The position numbers and the translations under genes are program-made. Under the pieces are notes generated by a model. The model searched no databases. It had not been told where the DNA came from and saw nothing but the letters and a program-made list of their open reading frames with translations. A stretch of DNA of 64,000 nt, taken from Octopus sinensis (taxonomy: Eukaryota). Positions 1-11,510 of the stretch are shown here, piece by piece. The stretch is taken from NCBI RefSeq assembly GCF_006345805.1, contig NC_043001.1:60140001-60204000 (forward strand), given 5' to 3'. Numbering within the stretch: the stretch's first letter is position 1; every line of letters starts with the position of its first letter.

Positions 1-46
1 TGAAGATTTCATCTGAATGAAACAGTTCTAGTCCTGTAGAAGATCC
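1..46 (+). ncRNA. Type I hammerhead ribozyme motif, truncated by the window edge (same family as 4228-4278)
   Basis: TGAAGA-tttcatctgaat-GAAA-cag ttctagtc ctg-TA-gaagat; nearly identical to 4235-4278. The 5' strand of stem I lies outside the window. Confidence 0.6.
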
Positions 47-60
47 TTCTATAAAATAAA

Positions 61-214
61 TTATATATATATATATATTGTATATGTACACTTGTATATA
101 TGTATTGTATATATGTATAGAAATGAATGGGTGTTAGTAGGAATATACGCATGTATGTGAGTGCGTGTATATGTATGTGTATGTGTATGTACATGTGTAT
201 GTGTATGTGTGTGG

Positions 215-275
<61 letters not shown>

Positions 276-362
276 ATGTGTATGTATGTGTATGTATGTA
301 TATGTGTGTATATATATATGTGTATATATGTGTGTATGTGTGTGTATGTATATATATGTGTA

Positions 363-401
<39 letters not shown>

Positions 402-711
402 ACGCTCGTGTGTTTATGTATATGTAAGTATGTAGAGTTATGTGTATGTGCATGTATGTATGTATATATACATATGTATATATACATATGTGTAGATAGG
501 TATATACGTGTATGCTTATATGTATATTTCCGTCTGTACAAAGGGTAACTGCATGTGTATATATATCTATTATTTATTATTCATTATTTATTACATGAGT
601 ATGCGTTTGTATGCATGTATGTATTTATGTATATAAGGAGGCGCGTGAGTGTGTGTATGTGTATGCATTTGTATAAACATATGTATACATTTATGCATGT
701 ATGTGCTTGTG

Positions 712-742
<31 letters not shown>

Positions 743-830
743 ATGTATGTGTATATATATATGTGTAAATGTGTGTGTAAATTTATATATGTGTGTGTAT
801 GTGTGTGTATATATGTATATATATATATAT

Positions 831-869
<39 letters not shown>

Positions 870-1920
870 GTGTACGCTTGTGTGTTTATGTATTTGTAGG
901 TATGTAGAGTTATGTGTGTATGTATGTATGTATATATACATATGTGTAAATAGGTATATATGGGTATGTTTATATGTATGTATCCGTCTGTATAATGGGT
1001 AACTGCACGTATATATATTTATTATTATTATTTGAGTATGCATGTATGTATATATGTATATGCCTGTATGCATGTATGTATTTATGAACATAAGGAGGCG
1101 CGTGTGTGTGTGGATGTGTATGCATATGTATAGACAAAAGTATACATTTATGCATGTGTGTACTTATGTGTATATATAGATGCGCGTGTGTGTGTGTATG
1201 TGTACGCATATATATATATATATGTGTATGTGTATATATGTATGAATGTATATGTGTATGTATATGTATATGTATATATATGTATATATATATGTATATG
1301 TGTATGTATATGTATGTATGTGTATGTATGTGTATGTGTATATGTGTATATATATTTATTAGTGTATATGTATGGACTAGTCTTCTGTGGGTGTATTGAG
1401 GTATGTATGTGTATGCGTGTAGATATGAATCAGTAGGTACGTGTACGTATGTGAATATACGTGAATGTATGCAGATGTATGTGTGTATGAATATAACACG
1501 TGCGTGTGCGTATGAGTATGAGTGTACCTGTGAGTGCGTGAGCGTGAGTGAGTGCTTGCGTTCGTATTAGTGAGTAGATAGATAAACGGACTCTTTAGAT
1601 CATCCCTTGAGACCGGCTGACCGCGGTCAAGATAAAAATAAAGACATAAACAATAATAAAATTAAAATAAGGGAATAAAAATGCGTGTGTATGTGTGTGC
1701 ATGTATTGGCATGTGTATATATGTGTGTATGTATATATATGTGCGAGTGTGTATACATATATTTATATATATGTATGTATATGTGTATTTGTGTGAACGT
1801 ACATGGGTATGTGTATATATATGTATATATATGTATATATATATATGTATATGTATGTATGTATATATGTATGTATGTATATATGGGTATGTATGTATAT
1901 GTATAGATGTATGTGAATAT
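61..1920. repeat. (TA)n/(TG)n/(TATG)n microsatellite-rich tract containing a ~470-bp-period diverged tandem duplication
   Basis: Dinucleotide arrays throughout. Unique anchors (tacgcty gtgtgtttatgta...gtagagttatg; ccgtctgta...gggtaactgca; ataaggaggcgcgtg) occur at both ~400-650 and ~872-1105. Confidence 0.85.
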
Positions 1921-1924
1921 GTGG

Positions 1925-3041
1925 GTGTTGAGGCCCAAATATTCTCTAATTTCACTGGTCCCACTCCTGAACTATATGGTCGTTATATTGACGACATTAT
2001 CGGTGCCACCTCACTCTCCCGCGAACATCTAGATTCCTTCCTCTCTTTCGTCCAATCTTTCCATCCAGCCCTCCACTTCACTTCCACTATCTCCAACACC
2101 TCTGTCTCCTTCCACGACATTTCGGTTAGCATTCTTCACTCCACTCTTACCACCTCCATTCACTACAAACACACAGACTCACACTCATACCTCAACTTCT
2201 CTTCCTCCCACCCAGAACACACCAAGCTTTCCATCCCCTATTCCCAATTCCTCCGTCTACGTAGGCTCTGTAGTGACGACCATGACTTTGAGACTCAGTC
2301 TCAACGTATGGCTCACCACTTCACCCTACGTGGATACCCCCTCACCACTATCCACACCGCCCTTGCCAGAGCACGGTCCGTGGACCGTGTATCTGCTCTC
2401 TCTCCCCGAACCCGCCCTGTAGTCTCCCGCCTCCCTTTTCCCCTCACTTACCACCCCACGACCCTACGTCTCCAACGCACCATTCTTCGAGCTTTCCGTC
2501 ATCTCCAGTCCGACCCGTCCACTTCACACCTCTTCCCTAACCGACCCCTCCCCTCTTTCAAACGAGCCCACAACCTTCGGGACCTTTTGGTCCATAGCTC
2601 CTTCCTGACCCTACCTCCCAACCCGGCTCGTTCCCCTGCTCCCGCCCACGTTGCCGCACTTGCCCTTACCTCTCCAACACCACCCGCCTCACTAGCACCC
2701 ACCATCGACCCTATCCCATCATCCACTCCTTCACCTGCACCTCCAGCAATATTATCTATTGCATCTCTTGCTCTCTCTGCAATTCCTTGTACATCGGACA
2801 AACGGGACGCCGCTTGGCTGACCGGTTCGCGGAACACCTTCGTGACATCCACCTTGCGAACGACACACCGGTCTCACGCCATTTCCGCTCCACCGGTCAC
2901 TCCTTGCAACACCTATCTGTGTTCGGTTTGTCCTTACACAGAGGCCATCCGGATTCCCGTTTGCGCCGTGAACAGGAATTAATCTTCTCTCTTCGCTCTT
3001 ATACGCCATTTGGTCTCAACTCTCCCCCCCTCCTCATCTAA
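1925..3041 (+). pseudogene. Penelope-like RT (YIDD) + Cys-rich linker + GIY-YIG endonuclease, one frameshift near 2605
   Basis: YGRYIDDIIG, FHPALHFT, HYKHTDSHSYLNFSSSHP, SIPYSQFLRLRRLCS. After the frameshift: CSRPRCRTCP...FTCTSSNIIYCISCSLC-YIGQTGRRLADRFAEH...REQELIFSL...GLN. Confidence 0.9.
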
Positions 3042-3379
3042 CCTCACCCCCCTCCTCACCTATCCTTTCTCCCCCCGACCCCTACTTCTTCAGTCCTTCA
3101 TCCTTTCACCCCTACTCCCCTTCCCTTCTTCCCTCTTTCTCCCTCCCTCTTCCCCTTCCCTCTGCTCCCTCACTCCCTCTCTCCCCTTCTCTCTCCCCCT
3201 CATCCCCTTCCTTCTCCCCCATCCTCTCCTCTCCCCCCTTCTCCTCCCCCTCTTCTTCCCCTCCCCTTCTCCCCCCTCTTCTCCCCCTCCCCCTCTTCTC
3301 CCCGTCCCCCTCTTCTCCTCACTACACCACATGACTTTACACATCACATCACATATGATGTGCCATACTAATACACACA

Positions 3380-3680
3380 CCAACTAATACATACTAATAC
3401 GTACTAATACATACTAATACATACACCAACCCCATACATACGCACGTCCAGACCAATCTTACGCACTAATACTCTCTCATACACACACACACACACCTAT
3501 ACATACCAATACGTACTAATACATACTAATACATACTAATACATACACCAACCCCATACATACGCACGTCCAGACCAATCTTACGCACTAATACTCTCTC
3601 ATACACACACACACACACACACCCTTATACATACTAATACATACACCAACCCTATACATACACACATCCAGACCCCTCCC
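3380..3680. repeat. ~120-bp-period tandem repeat in the PLE 3' region
   Basis: cccatacatacgcacgtccagaccaatcttacgcactaatactctctcatacac is repeated at ~3431 and ~3553, with a partial third copy. Confidence 0.8.
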
Positions 3681-3859
3681 ACGCACTTTTAGCTGGTCCC
3701 TCAACCCATTTATCAACCCTATTATCTCCCCTTATTTCGCTCTCGCGTCTCATGTTTGATCTTTGACCTCTGGCCGAAATCAGATCGCCATGTTGATTCG
3801 TTAGCTACTGCACGCATTTTTTTTCTCTCCTTCTTTCTGTGTTTTTCTCTCTCTGTGTA

Positions 3860-3897
3860 TCTTTCTGTTGAAGAGCGCAGGCTCGAAACGTTAAAGA
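3860..3897 (+). ncRNA. Minimal PLE-type type I hammerhead motif with variant core (CUGUUGA)
   Basis: Stem I tcttt/aaaga; CTGTTGA; A-GAGC gcag GCTC stem II; GAAA-CG-TT with a palindromic ACGT stem III, as in dimeric PLE hammerheads. Confidence 0.6.
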
Positions 3898-4227
3898 CTT
3901 GTTTTATTTATATTTCCTGAGCGCCATACTAATACAATTGTTCGTTTGTTTTCCACCTGCCTTCGTCTTTTGTTTATTTTCATAAAGCTTCCCGTTATAT
4001 ATATATGTAGATGTACAAGTGAGAGTCTCCTTAATTACCTAAAAGTCTATTTTTCTATTTATTCTTTTATTCTTTTATTTATTCTTTTATCTACTTTACC
4101 ACTGATTCCTTTGACCACTCCCCTAATAATGACAGTTTTGCGCCATGCCTACCCCCCAAAAAGTCCCTCACCACCACCCATTTAAACCTGCCTAAATGTA
4201 TAAATGCCAAAACAACTCTTGTCTACT

Positions 4228-4278
4228 AGCTTCCTGATGATTTCTTTTGAATGAAACAGTTCTAGTCCTGTAGAAGCT
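4228..4278 (+). ncRNA. Type I hammerhead ribozyme
   Basis: Stem I agcttc(4228-33)/gaagct(4273-78); CTGATGA 4234-40; short stem II ttc-tttt-gaa closed by U-U; GAAA 4253-56; stem III acag/ctgt; GUA cleavage triplet. Confidence 0.75.
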
Positions 4279-4361
4279 CCTTCTATATAATAAATTAATT
4301 TACTCTGCTATGTATTGAGTACCTTATTTACTGTGGTTAACCCCGACTCAACCCGGGACCT

Positions 4362-4396
<35 letters not shown>

Positions 4397-4757
4397 CAAA
4401 TAAATAATAACATACGATGGATAATTGTCAGCTCGTTGCAACAGCTTCATACGTAATTGTCTAATAGAAGAATGAGAATATTACATTATTATAAAAGACT
4501 GTAATCATCAGAAGAGAAGTCATTTTACAAAACAAATGATTATCCCAAGAATACAGCAGGGGGTGCGGCTAGAGTTTGTCGAGGCCAACTATGAAATGGG
4601 AAGACTGACCAACTATGTTGGCCGTTTAGTTTAAAAATATAGTTCTTGAAAGTGTGTAATATCATTTCTAAGGCCAGTGACTCTATTGAGAACGAGTCTG
4701 TTAACTGTAATACCAGGAATGTAGCCTACCGCATTAAAAAGCATGAAGTCAGATTCT

Positions 4758-4990
4758 TATTTCTTCATTGCCCACAAGGGGCTAAACATAGAGGGGACAA
4801 ACAAGGACATACAAACGGATTAAGTCGATTACATCGACCCCAGTGTGTAACTGGTACTTATTTAATCGACCCCGAAAGGATAAAAGGCAAAGTCGACCTC
4901 GGCGGAATTTGAACTCAGAACGTAACGCCAAACGAAATACCGCAAAGTATTTCACCCGGCGTAATAACGATTCTGCCAGCTTGCTGCCCT
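4758..4990 (-). mobile_element. tRNA-type SINE (family A) with 14-bp TSD
   Basis: Reverse complement reads ...gttctgagttcaaattccgccgaggtcgac...; TGAAGTCAGATTCT is duplicated at 4744-4757 and 4991-5004. Confidence 0.9.
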
Positions 4991-6763
4991 TGAAGTCAGA
5001 TTCTAAGAACTGGAATACAGTATACATTAGGGAAACTTCAATGAATTTAGCTGAGAAATTAAATGACCCTTGTGGGAGTATAATGACAGGATATAGTCGT
5101 CTATACTCTATAAGTGTGCGTAAGTTCAACATGACAGCATACTGAATGAAGTTAGTAACGAAATCTTGTTTAAACACTCGAAATCTTGTTTAAACACCGT
5201 TACGACAGATGCATGAGGTTCCTTTCATAAATGAGACAATGCTAAAATTGAATAGAAAATATATAAAGTTGGTTGTAGAACACCAATGCCATTTCCACTA
5301 CCCGCGGAATAAATATATACGTTTGTGAAGCCGTGTGTGTAGGGGGACATGTGTGTGCAGGTACAGGCAATCATATATAGGTAGGTTCGAATGACAGGAT
5401 GACACAAGGATATCCATACCAATAAATATATGTAGTTATGCACCGTTCCAATGCATAACCACAAATCTACACGCGTTTGAGCACGTGCACGTAAGAGCAA
5501 GTGTACGCATAAAACACACACAAAAGAACCCACACCGACATGCACATCCACGCACATATACATGCAGAAAAGTGTCCACACACACGTTCAAGGAAATACT
5601 CACACACGAGAAGGTACATACGCAGATATACACGCAGACACTTACCTATTCAAAAAACCCGTTGTACCGCAGTCATGCGTATACACACGCGCTAACCCAA
5701 ATACATACGCACGCACATAGGCACAGAATCCCACACACACACAGTCACGAACACATTCACGCACACACACACACACACACTGGACCACTCACACATTCTC
5801 ACATAAAATCACATAACCGACACATGCACACCAACACGCAGAATAAACCACATGCACAGACGCACAAACACACGGGCGCGTGTACACGCACGCACACACA
5901 CACACACATAAAAGGTACACACAGATATACCTTTTTATTAATTCCCAGTAGTTCTGAAACCGAACTGACCTTTAAAAAAATTACTGAAATACACACTCAG
6001 AAACACACAAACGCACAAACGCATGCATGCGAGTCTACACACGTAACTACACACATATCCCCACAAATATACATCTCATTTACTCTCAACTCACCTTTCT
6101 CTTGCAAGTAGCCAAGTATCTATTATATACACATAGTTAAGTATACATACCTACAAGCAAAAGAATAATCCCATAAAAAAACTCAAGGCAGAACTTTTGA
6201 AGAGTTAAGGCATGTCAGTGATAAGGTTACGAGTAGCGATGGAAGGACTTTGACAAACAACCGATGGATTATTTAACCAAAATATTAAACAAGAAATCAA
6301 TAAGTTATTTATTTCGATATTTAAGGATAAAGAATTGATAGTGAACCTGTGCGTGTGTTTGTTAATATTGGTTAAAGAACCCTCACAAACGCAACAATAT
6401 ACGTACATATATACATATGCATGTATATACATTATATATAGGTATATATCTTATGTGTTTGTGTGTGTGTGTGATCAAAATCGGAGAAAAATGGGGAAGC
6501 AATTAATAGAAAAGGAGAAAGTGAACAGGAAACGCTTCTAATCAGACTTGGAGACGTTACTGGTGGAATTTCGGCGGATATAAATTCCAAAGTTTTTAGA
6601 TTCCATAATAATCTAAATCCAGTTGCGCCAGTGATCGTTCATATCAAGGAGGTATAAGTAGAAGTAAGGACAAATGAAATATATTGCGGCAATATGAACA
6701 GAGAACATCAAATCAAGGGAGAAAGGACGTATTAGCTAGTTGTCGACATAGACGTGAAATATT

Positions 6764-6954
6764 CATTTCTTTATTGCCCACAGGGGGCTGAACATAGAGC
6801 GGAGAAACAAGGACAGAGAAAGGGATTAAATCGATTTCATTGAAACCAGTGCGTAACTGGTACTTATTTAATCGAACCCGAAAGGGTGAAAGGTAAAGTC
6901 GACCTCGGCGGACTTTGAACTCAGAACATAACGGAAAACGAAATACCGCTAAGA
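6764..6954 (-). mobile_element. SINE family A, 5'-truncated, 16-bp TSD
   Basis: Homologous to 4758-4990; atagaygtgaaatatt at 6748-6763 and 6955-6970. Confidence 0.85.
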
Positions 6955-7379
6955 ATAGATGTGAAATATTGAAACGATTACATGCATAAATTTATTAGGG
7001 AAGTCTTTTTATCAGCCATTTAGTACTGAATCCTCGTAGTTTCGACGCTTTTACAGTCCAGAGTGATTAGGTTTAATGGTACTGCTTCTCTAGCAGCATC
7101 AGTGATAGTTCATCACACTAAGGTAGAGAAAAGGATGAAAATATAGAAAACAACATGCAAGCGAGAACTGATGAATTTGATACAATTCTACTAATATAAA
7201 TATGCGTATGTGTGTTTGCATATGCATGTATATACACAAGATACCCTCTCAGCCCCACGCCTCAAATATATATACACACATTGAATGATTATAAAGTCAA
7301 TGTTTATGGAAATATATTTCATTTTTAGATTTTAATAGAATTTATTGTCAGAATTTTATATTTTTATGAATTCACAAAA

Positions 7380-8210
7380 CGACGCCAAGCACAGTCTGGG
7401 AACTGCTGTCAACACGAAACAATGGAATCGCAAACGTCAAGGAATTATTTTTCGCTATTTGTCGGCATTCTCATTTAATTGCTGTTCTCATTTCCTCGAC
7501 TGTTGCCGATTTATACTATAAGTCTTATCTTTTAAGATATCTCATAGGAAAAAGTACATTGGTGGGGAAATCCGAGAAGCCTGGAGCGTATCCTATTCAA
7601 CCCCTTCAATTATTGACAATATCTAACCAAGGTAGCCACTTAAATACATATAGCAGTTTCCAGTGTCCCATTTTCCCGGAGATATATCGCCACACGTTCA
7701 AAGTCCGCTTGAATGTTTGGCATGAGAGATTGACAGAGCAATTTCAAATCAATGAGAGTATTTACACTACTTAATCCTTTTCATGATGAACTCATCATAA
7801 TATGACACCTGGTTAACCTACGCGGTGTTTCTATGTAATATTTGGATTCTCAGGTCCTCAGTAAAGTAATTTTGACGGTTAATTGAGCCATTTAATTTAA
7901 ATGAAAACTCTCCACATGAAGCAGTCTTGAAAGTGTGCATTTTCTTTCTACACATTATGTCAAGTGCCACATTTACAACAACAATCTGTAGTCTGGACAA
8001 TCTTCCTTGAGAGCAGTGATTGTTTTTGAGATGTAATCTTCATATGGCAGCAATTCAGATTGCAATGGATACATGGTATAGAAACGTGCATCTCCCAACT
8101 CGCTTACCGCATAGATTTTGTTCAACTCAAACAATACGTTTTTAGTACTTGTTATTTTAGCTTTATAGGGCTCCGCAATATCTACAGATTTTGGTGCATC
8201 CCTTAAGGAC
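7380..8210 (-). pseudogene. Highly degenerate Tc1/mariner-superfamily (maT/DD37D-DD41D-like) transposase relic
   Basis: Minus-strand remnants EFSFKLNGSINRQN (SDEAxFxLNGxVNRHN-like), YFFL*DILKDK and ATVEEMRTAI (DFFLWGxLKDKVY...-like); many stops and frameshifts. Confidence 0.5.
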
Positions 8211-8223
8211 AATATGAAGAGTC

Positions 8224-8278
<55 letters not shown>

Positions 8279-8428
8279 TGTGTGTGTGTGTGTGTATGTG
8301 CGCGTGTGTGTGTGTGCGCGCGTGTGTGTGTGTATAAATCATATCAAAGGGAAATGGAAATTAATTAAAATTTACATTTCCAGTGGTCTAACGTGTAAAA
8401 AAAAATTAGTCAAAAAGACTATATATTA

Positions 8429-8960
8429 GTCATACGATATATTGTATATTTAAACACATAAGGAACCCACTTATAGGGATTCTACACGCTAGAAAGAACA
8501 CCTAGGTTCTATAACCACAAAAATTAGGGATAAAATTAGACAGGAATAAATGAAAAACTTTTACCATCTAGTTTCCTGGGCCAATTGGTTTCTGATCTTA
8601 TTTTAGCGAGTCAAGGAGAACTCACTAGGGTTGATCCTCCTCAGCGGTTCCAACTTAGAGTTAAACGTATGCACAGGGGACAATCAAAACTACTTGTCTC
8701 GTGTTTATACGCCCTAACTTTTTCAAAATTTACTTCGCAGTCGCAGTCTTTCGCTGGCCGTAATAAAAACCGCCAACACTCGCTAAAATAAGATCAGAAA
8801 CCAATTGGTCCAGGAAACTAGATGGTAAATGTTTTTCATTTATTCCTGTCGAATTTTATCCCTAATTTTTGTGGTTATAGAACCTAGCTGTTCTTTCTAG
8901 CGTGTAGAATTCCTATAAGCGGATTCCTTATGTGTTTAAATATACACCATATCGTATGAC
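8429..8960. mobile_element. Non-autonomous foldback/MITE element with ~183-bp terminal inverted repeats and TA flanks
   Basis: 8429-8611 is the near-perfect reverse complement of 8778-8960 (gtcatacgatat...ttttagcgagt / actcgctaaaa...atatcgtatgac); ~166-bp spacer; TA on both sides. Confidence 0.9.
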
Positions 8961-9992
8961 TATATATGTATAAATGTATATATATATGTATATACAATAT
9001 GTCTGTGTATGTATATGTACCTATATGTACATATTTGCATATGCATATGTGTATGTGTGTATATGCATATGTACATATATGTACATATTGTATATTCGTA
9101 TGTGTATGGGTGTAGTTATAAACGACGCGTGAAATAGTATAATGAAAATATATTTAACTATAAGAAAATTCAAATATCAAGACAAATAGTCGGGATATTT
9201 AAATTTTTGGGGGGCCCGATGTCTATTTATTTATATAAATTGGAAGGTATCACACTAGGTGTTCACTTTAATGTATCTTAATGTTTGTTTATAAGACTTT
9301 TATTGCTTGAATGCATATCACCTCGTTCCTGAGAATGACAACAAAATGCCACTTCTTTTTATCTTTTCTTTATTTTCCTTCTATTTCTCTTTTGCTTCTT
9401 GCTCTTTGACTCTTAACTACACCCACTTTATCCATTATTTAGGTCCCACTTTGCGTTACAGCGCTCATTGATTGTTTAAACTTGCATTCTTTGTGTATTT
9501 GTCATTGACTTTTCTACCCGTTTGAAATTCCAGGCGACAATGTAAACTTCATTCCTGTAATCTCAGGTTGATCACTAGCTCCGTTGTGGAAGTGTTTTGT
9601 GTAATACTTATGCAATGAGCTTCAATTAGTACACAAACATATGTAGCTTATATATTACTTGTTCCACGCCTTTGAATTGTGGAACTTATAAGCATGTTTA
9701 GAAGTTTTAGTTGTTAGCAGTGAGTCGGATAGGAACAATCAGCTTATCGAATTTTTTAAAAACTTTCTTATGGGAAAAAATGTGTAACTTACGATGCCAA
9801 TAAGTCGTTTAATCTTACTGTAAACTGCCTGCTTTATATTATCGCCTACTGTTTGATGCTTACAATCTTCGTACACACAGATCCCTGGTGAGTATTTATA
9901 CGCCTATATGTATGTATGTGCGTGTTTGTGTTTGTGTGTGTGAGTGCGCGTTTGCCTGTGTGTCTGTATGTCTACCTGTATGACGAAGTGGC

Positions 9993-9994
<2 letters not shown>

Positions 9995-10036
<42 letters not shown>

Positions 10037-10133
10037 TTATTTATATATATATATATATATAATATATATATTATATATATATATATATAATATATATATA
10101 TATATTTATTTATTTATTTATATATATATATAT

Positions 10134-10188
<55 letters not shown>

Positions 10189-10190
10189 TT
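9995..10190. repeat. (TA)n microsatellite
   Basis: Directly visible array. Confidence 0.95.
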
Positions 10191-10198
10191 CATACATA

Positions 10199-11510
10199 CA
10201 GGGTGTCAGCAATTTTTTTTAGGCTCCACAAAATAATAATTCTAGAAAGTTTATTTTGTGTAGCTAGTTAGAGTGGCTAATCTCTTGACTGAAAGTAAGA
10301 CGTCTGAACTACGAGCACGTTTTGCATATTTTGATAAAATTACGCGACACTATTTTTCGAACATAACTGAATGCTTGCTTTAACATCACCTTCGACAATG
10401 CCTTGAATGATTTTAGGCAAATTTTCTAATGCATAGGCAGCATGAAGTAGTGCAATAAGTGTTATCCATCAAGGCTCCTTTCTTTATTGGAGAAATAAAA
10501 ACATTCTACGGACGTAAACTACATTCTAAAGAAATAATTTCATTAGTTCGAAGAAAGAAAATGGATTAGGCCTAGTAAAAATAGCTGCTGATTTGAAGAT
10601 TCCAAAATCTACAGTGAAATATATGTTAAAGAATGACTATAACTGTTTAGGAAGAAAATAGAAAAGCGAATGATGACATCGTCTAATGTACTTGCAGCTG
10701 GAGAAAAGTTAACAGCACCGAAAGTGAAGGAGAAAGGTGATATAGATGTAAATATTCGAACACTTAAAGTAATGCTGTTAGAAACTGGATACACGTATAG
10801 AAAGGCCAAGAGGAAAATTCATTTAAGGAAAAAAAGAAAACAAGAAAAAGAAGTTTAATTTAGATTGCAAAAAATTAGGGTTAACTTCTGTTGTTTTATG
10901 TAAGTAATTTTTATTGACAAGAAGCGATTTACGTTCGATGGACCCGACGGCCGGTCCTGTTGGTCAATGAAATATGAACCAGTGATGCTGAACACAAAGT
11001 GGTTGGCCGGAGGTGAAATAATGGTATGGAATATAGTCTTTCCAAGGGAATATATTTCATTAGATTGGCTGAAAGGAAGGTGTAATAGCATAAGTTACAT
11101 CTAGCGGCCGCAAATGAGAGCCGTGCGAAGTAGTAGAGGCAAGATGGGAAACAATTATATCCTCCAGCAGGATAACTGCAGCAGTCACATATAAAAACAA
11201 TCATAGAATGGGCGCTTGACATGGAAATAAGTCTATTGGAATGGCTGACGAGAAGTACAGATTTGAACTTAATTGTAATTATATAAGAAAAGCTGGCACT
11301 GCTTGTGTTTGGCGGACCAGAACTCACAAGTGAAGTAGAGTGATGGAAACAAATTTTAGAAGTCAAAATAAGACTGATAGAAACAAAACTAGATGCGATA
11401 ATGAATATGTTTTTTCTGGTACACGAAAGAATAGTGCGATTAAACGAAAAGAAAGATACCGTTTGAACTACCGAAGTTGAGTGGTACTGTCCCCAAAATA
11501 TTGTCACATG
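10199..11510 (+). mobile_element. Degenerate Tc1/Tc3-like DNA transposon
   Basis: Starts TA|cagggtgtc. Relic motifs VIFIDKKRFTFDGPDG (10904-10951; VIFSDEKKFNLDGPDG-like), QQDNCSSH (from 11165) and EWLTRSTDLNLI (WPARSPDLNPIE-like). Right end approximate. Confidence 0.7.

Larger units (their letters stand above)
1925..3995 (+). mobile_element. 5'-truncated Penelope-like retroelement (Neptune-type) with 3' non-coding region
   Basis: RT C-terminal half plus GIY-YIG endonuclease, followed by a pyrimidine-rich 3' region, tandem repeats and a minimal hammerhead, ending in (TA)n. Confidence 0.85.

Noticed and set aside
9-1964. Many overlapping YI/CV/HT-rich ORFs (also near 9993, 21866-23377, 29964, 33472, 38432, 46023, 59626 and 63022)
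   Set aside because: Translations of (TA)n/(TG)n/(CA)n microsatellites, which lack stop codons; not genes.
1681-2982. 433-aa ORF as an intact gene
   Set aside because: The first ~80 aa are microsatellite read-through and the C-terminus is out of frame after ~2605. Only the middle is real PLE RT.
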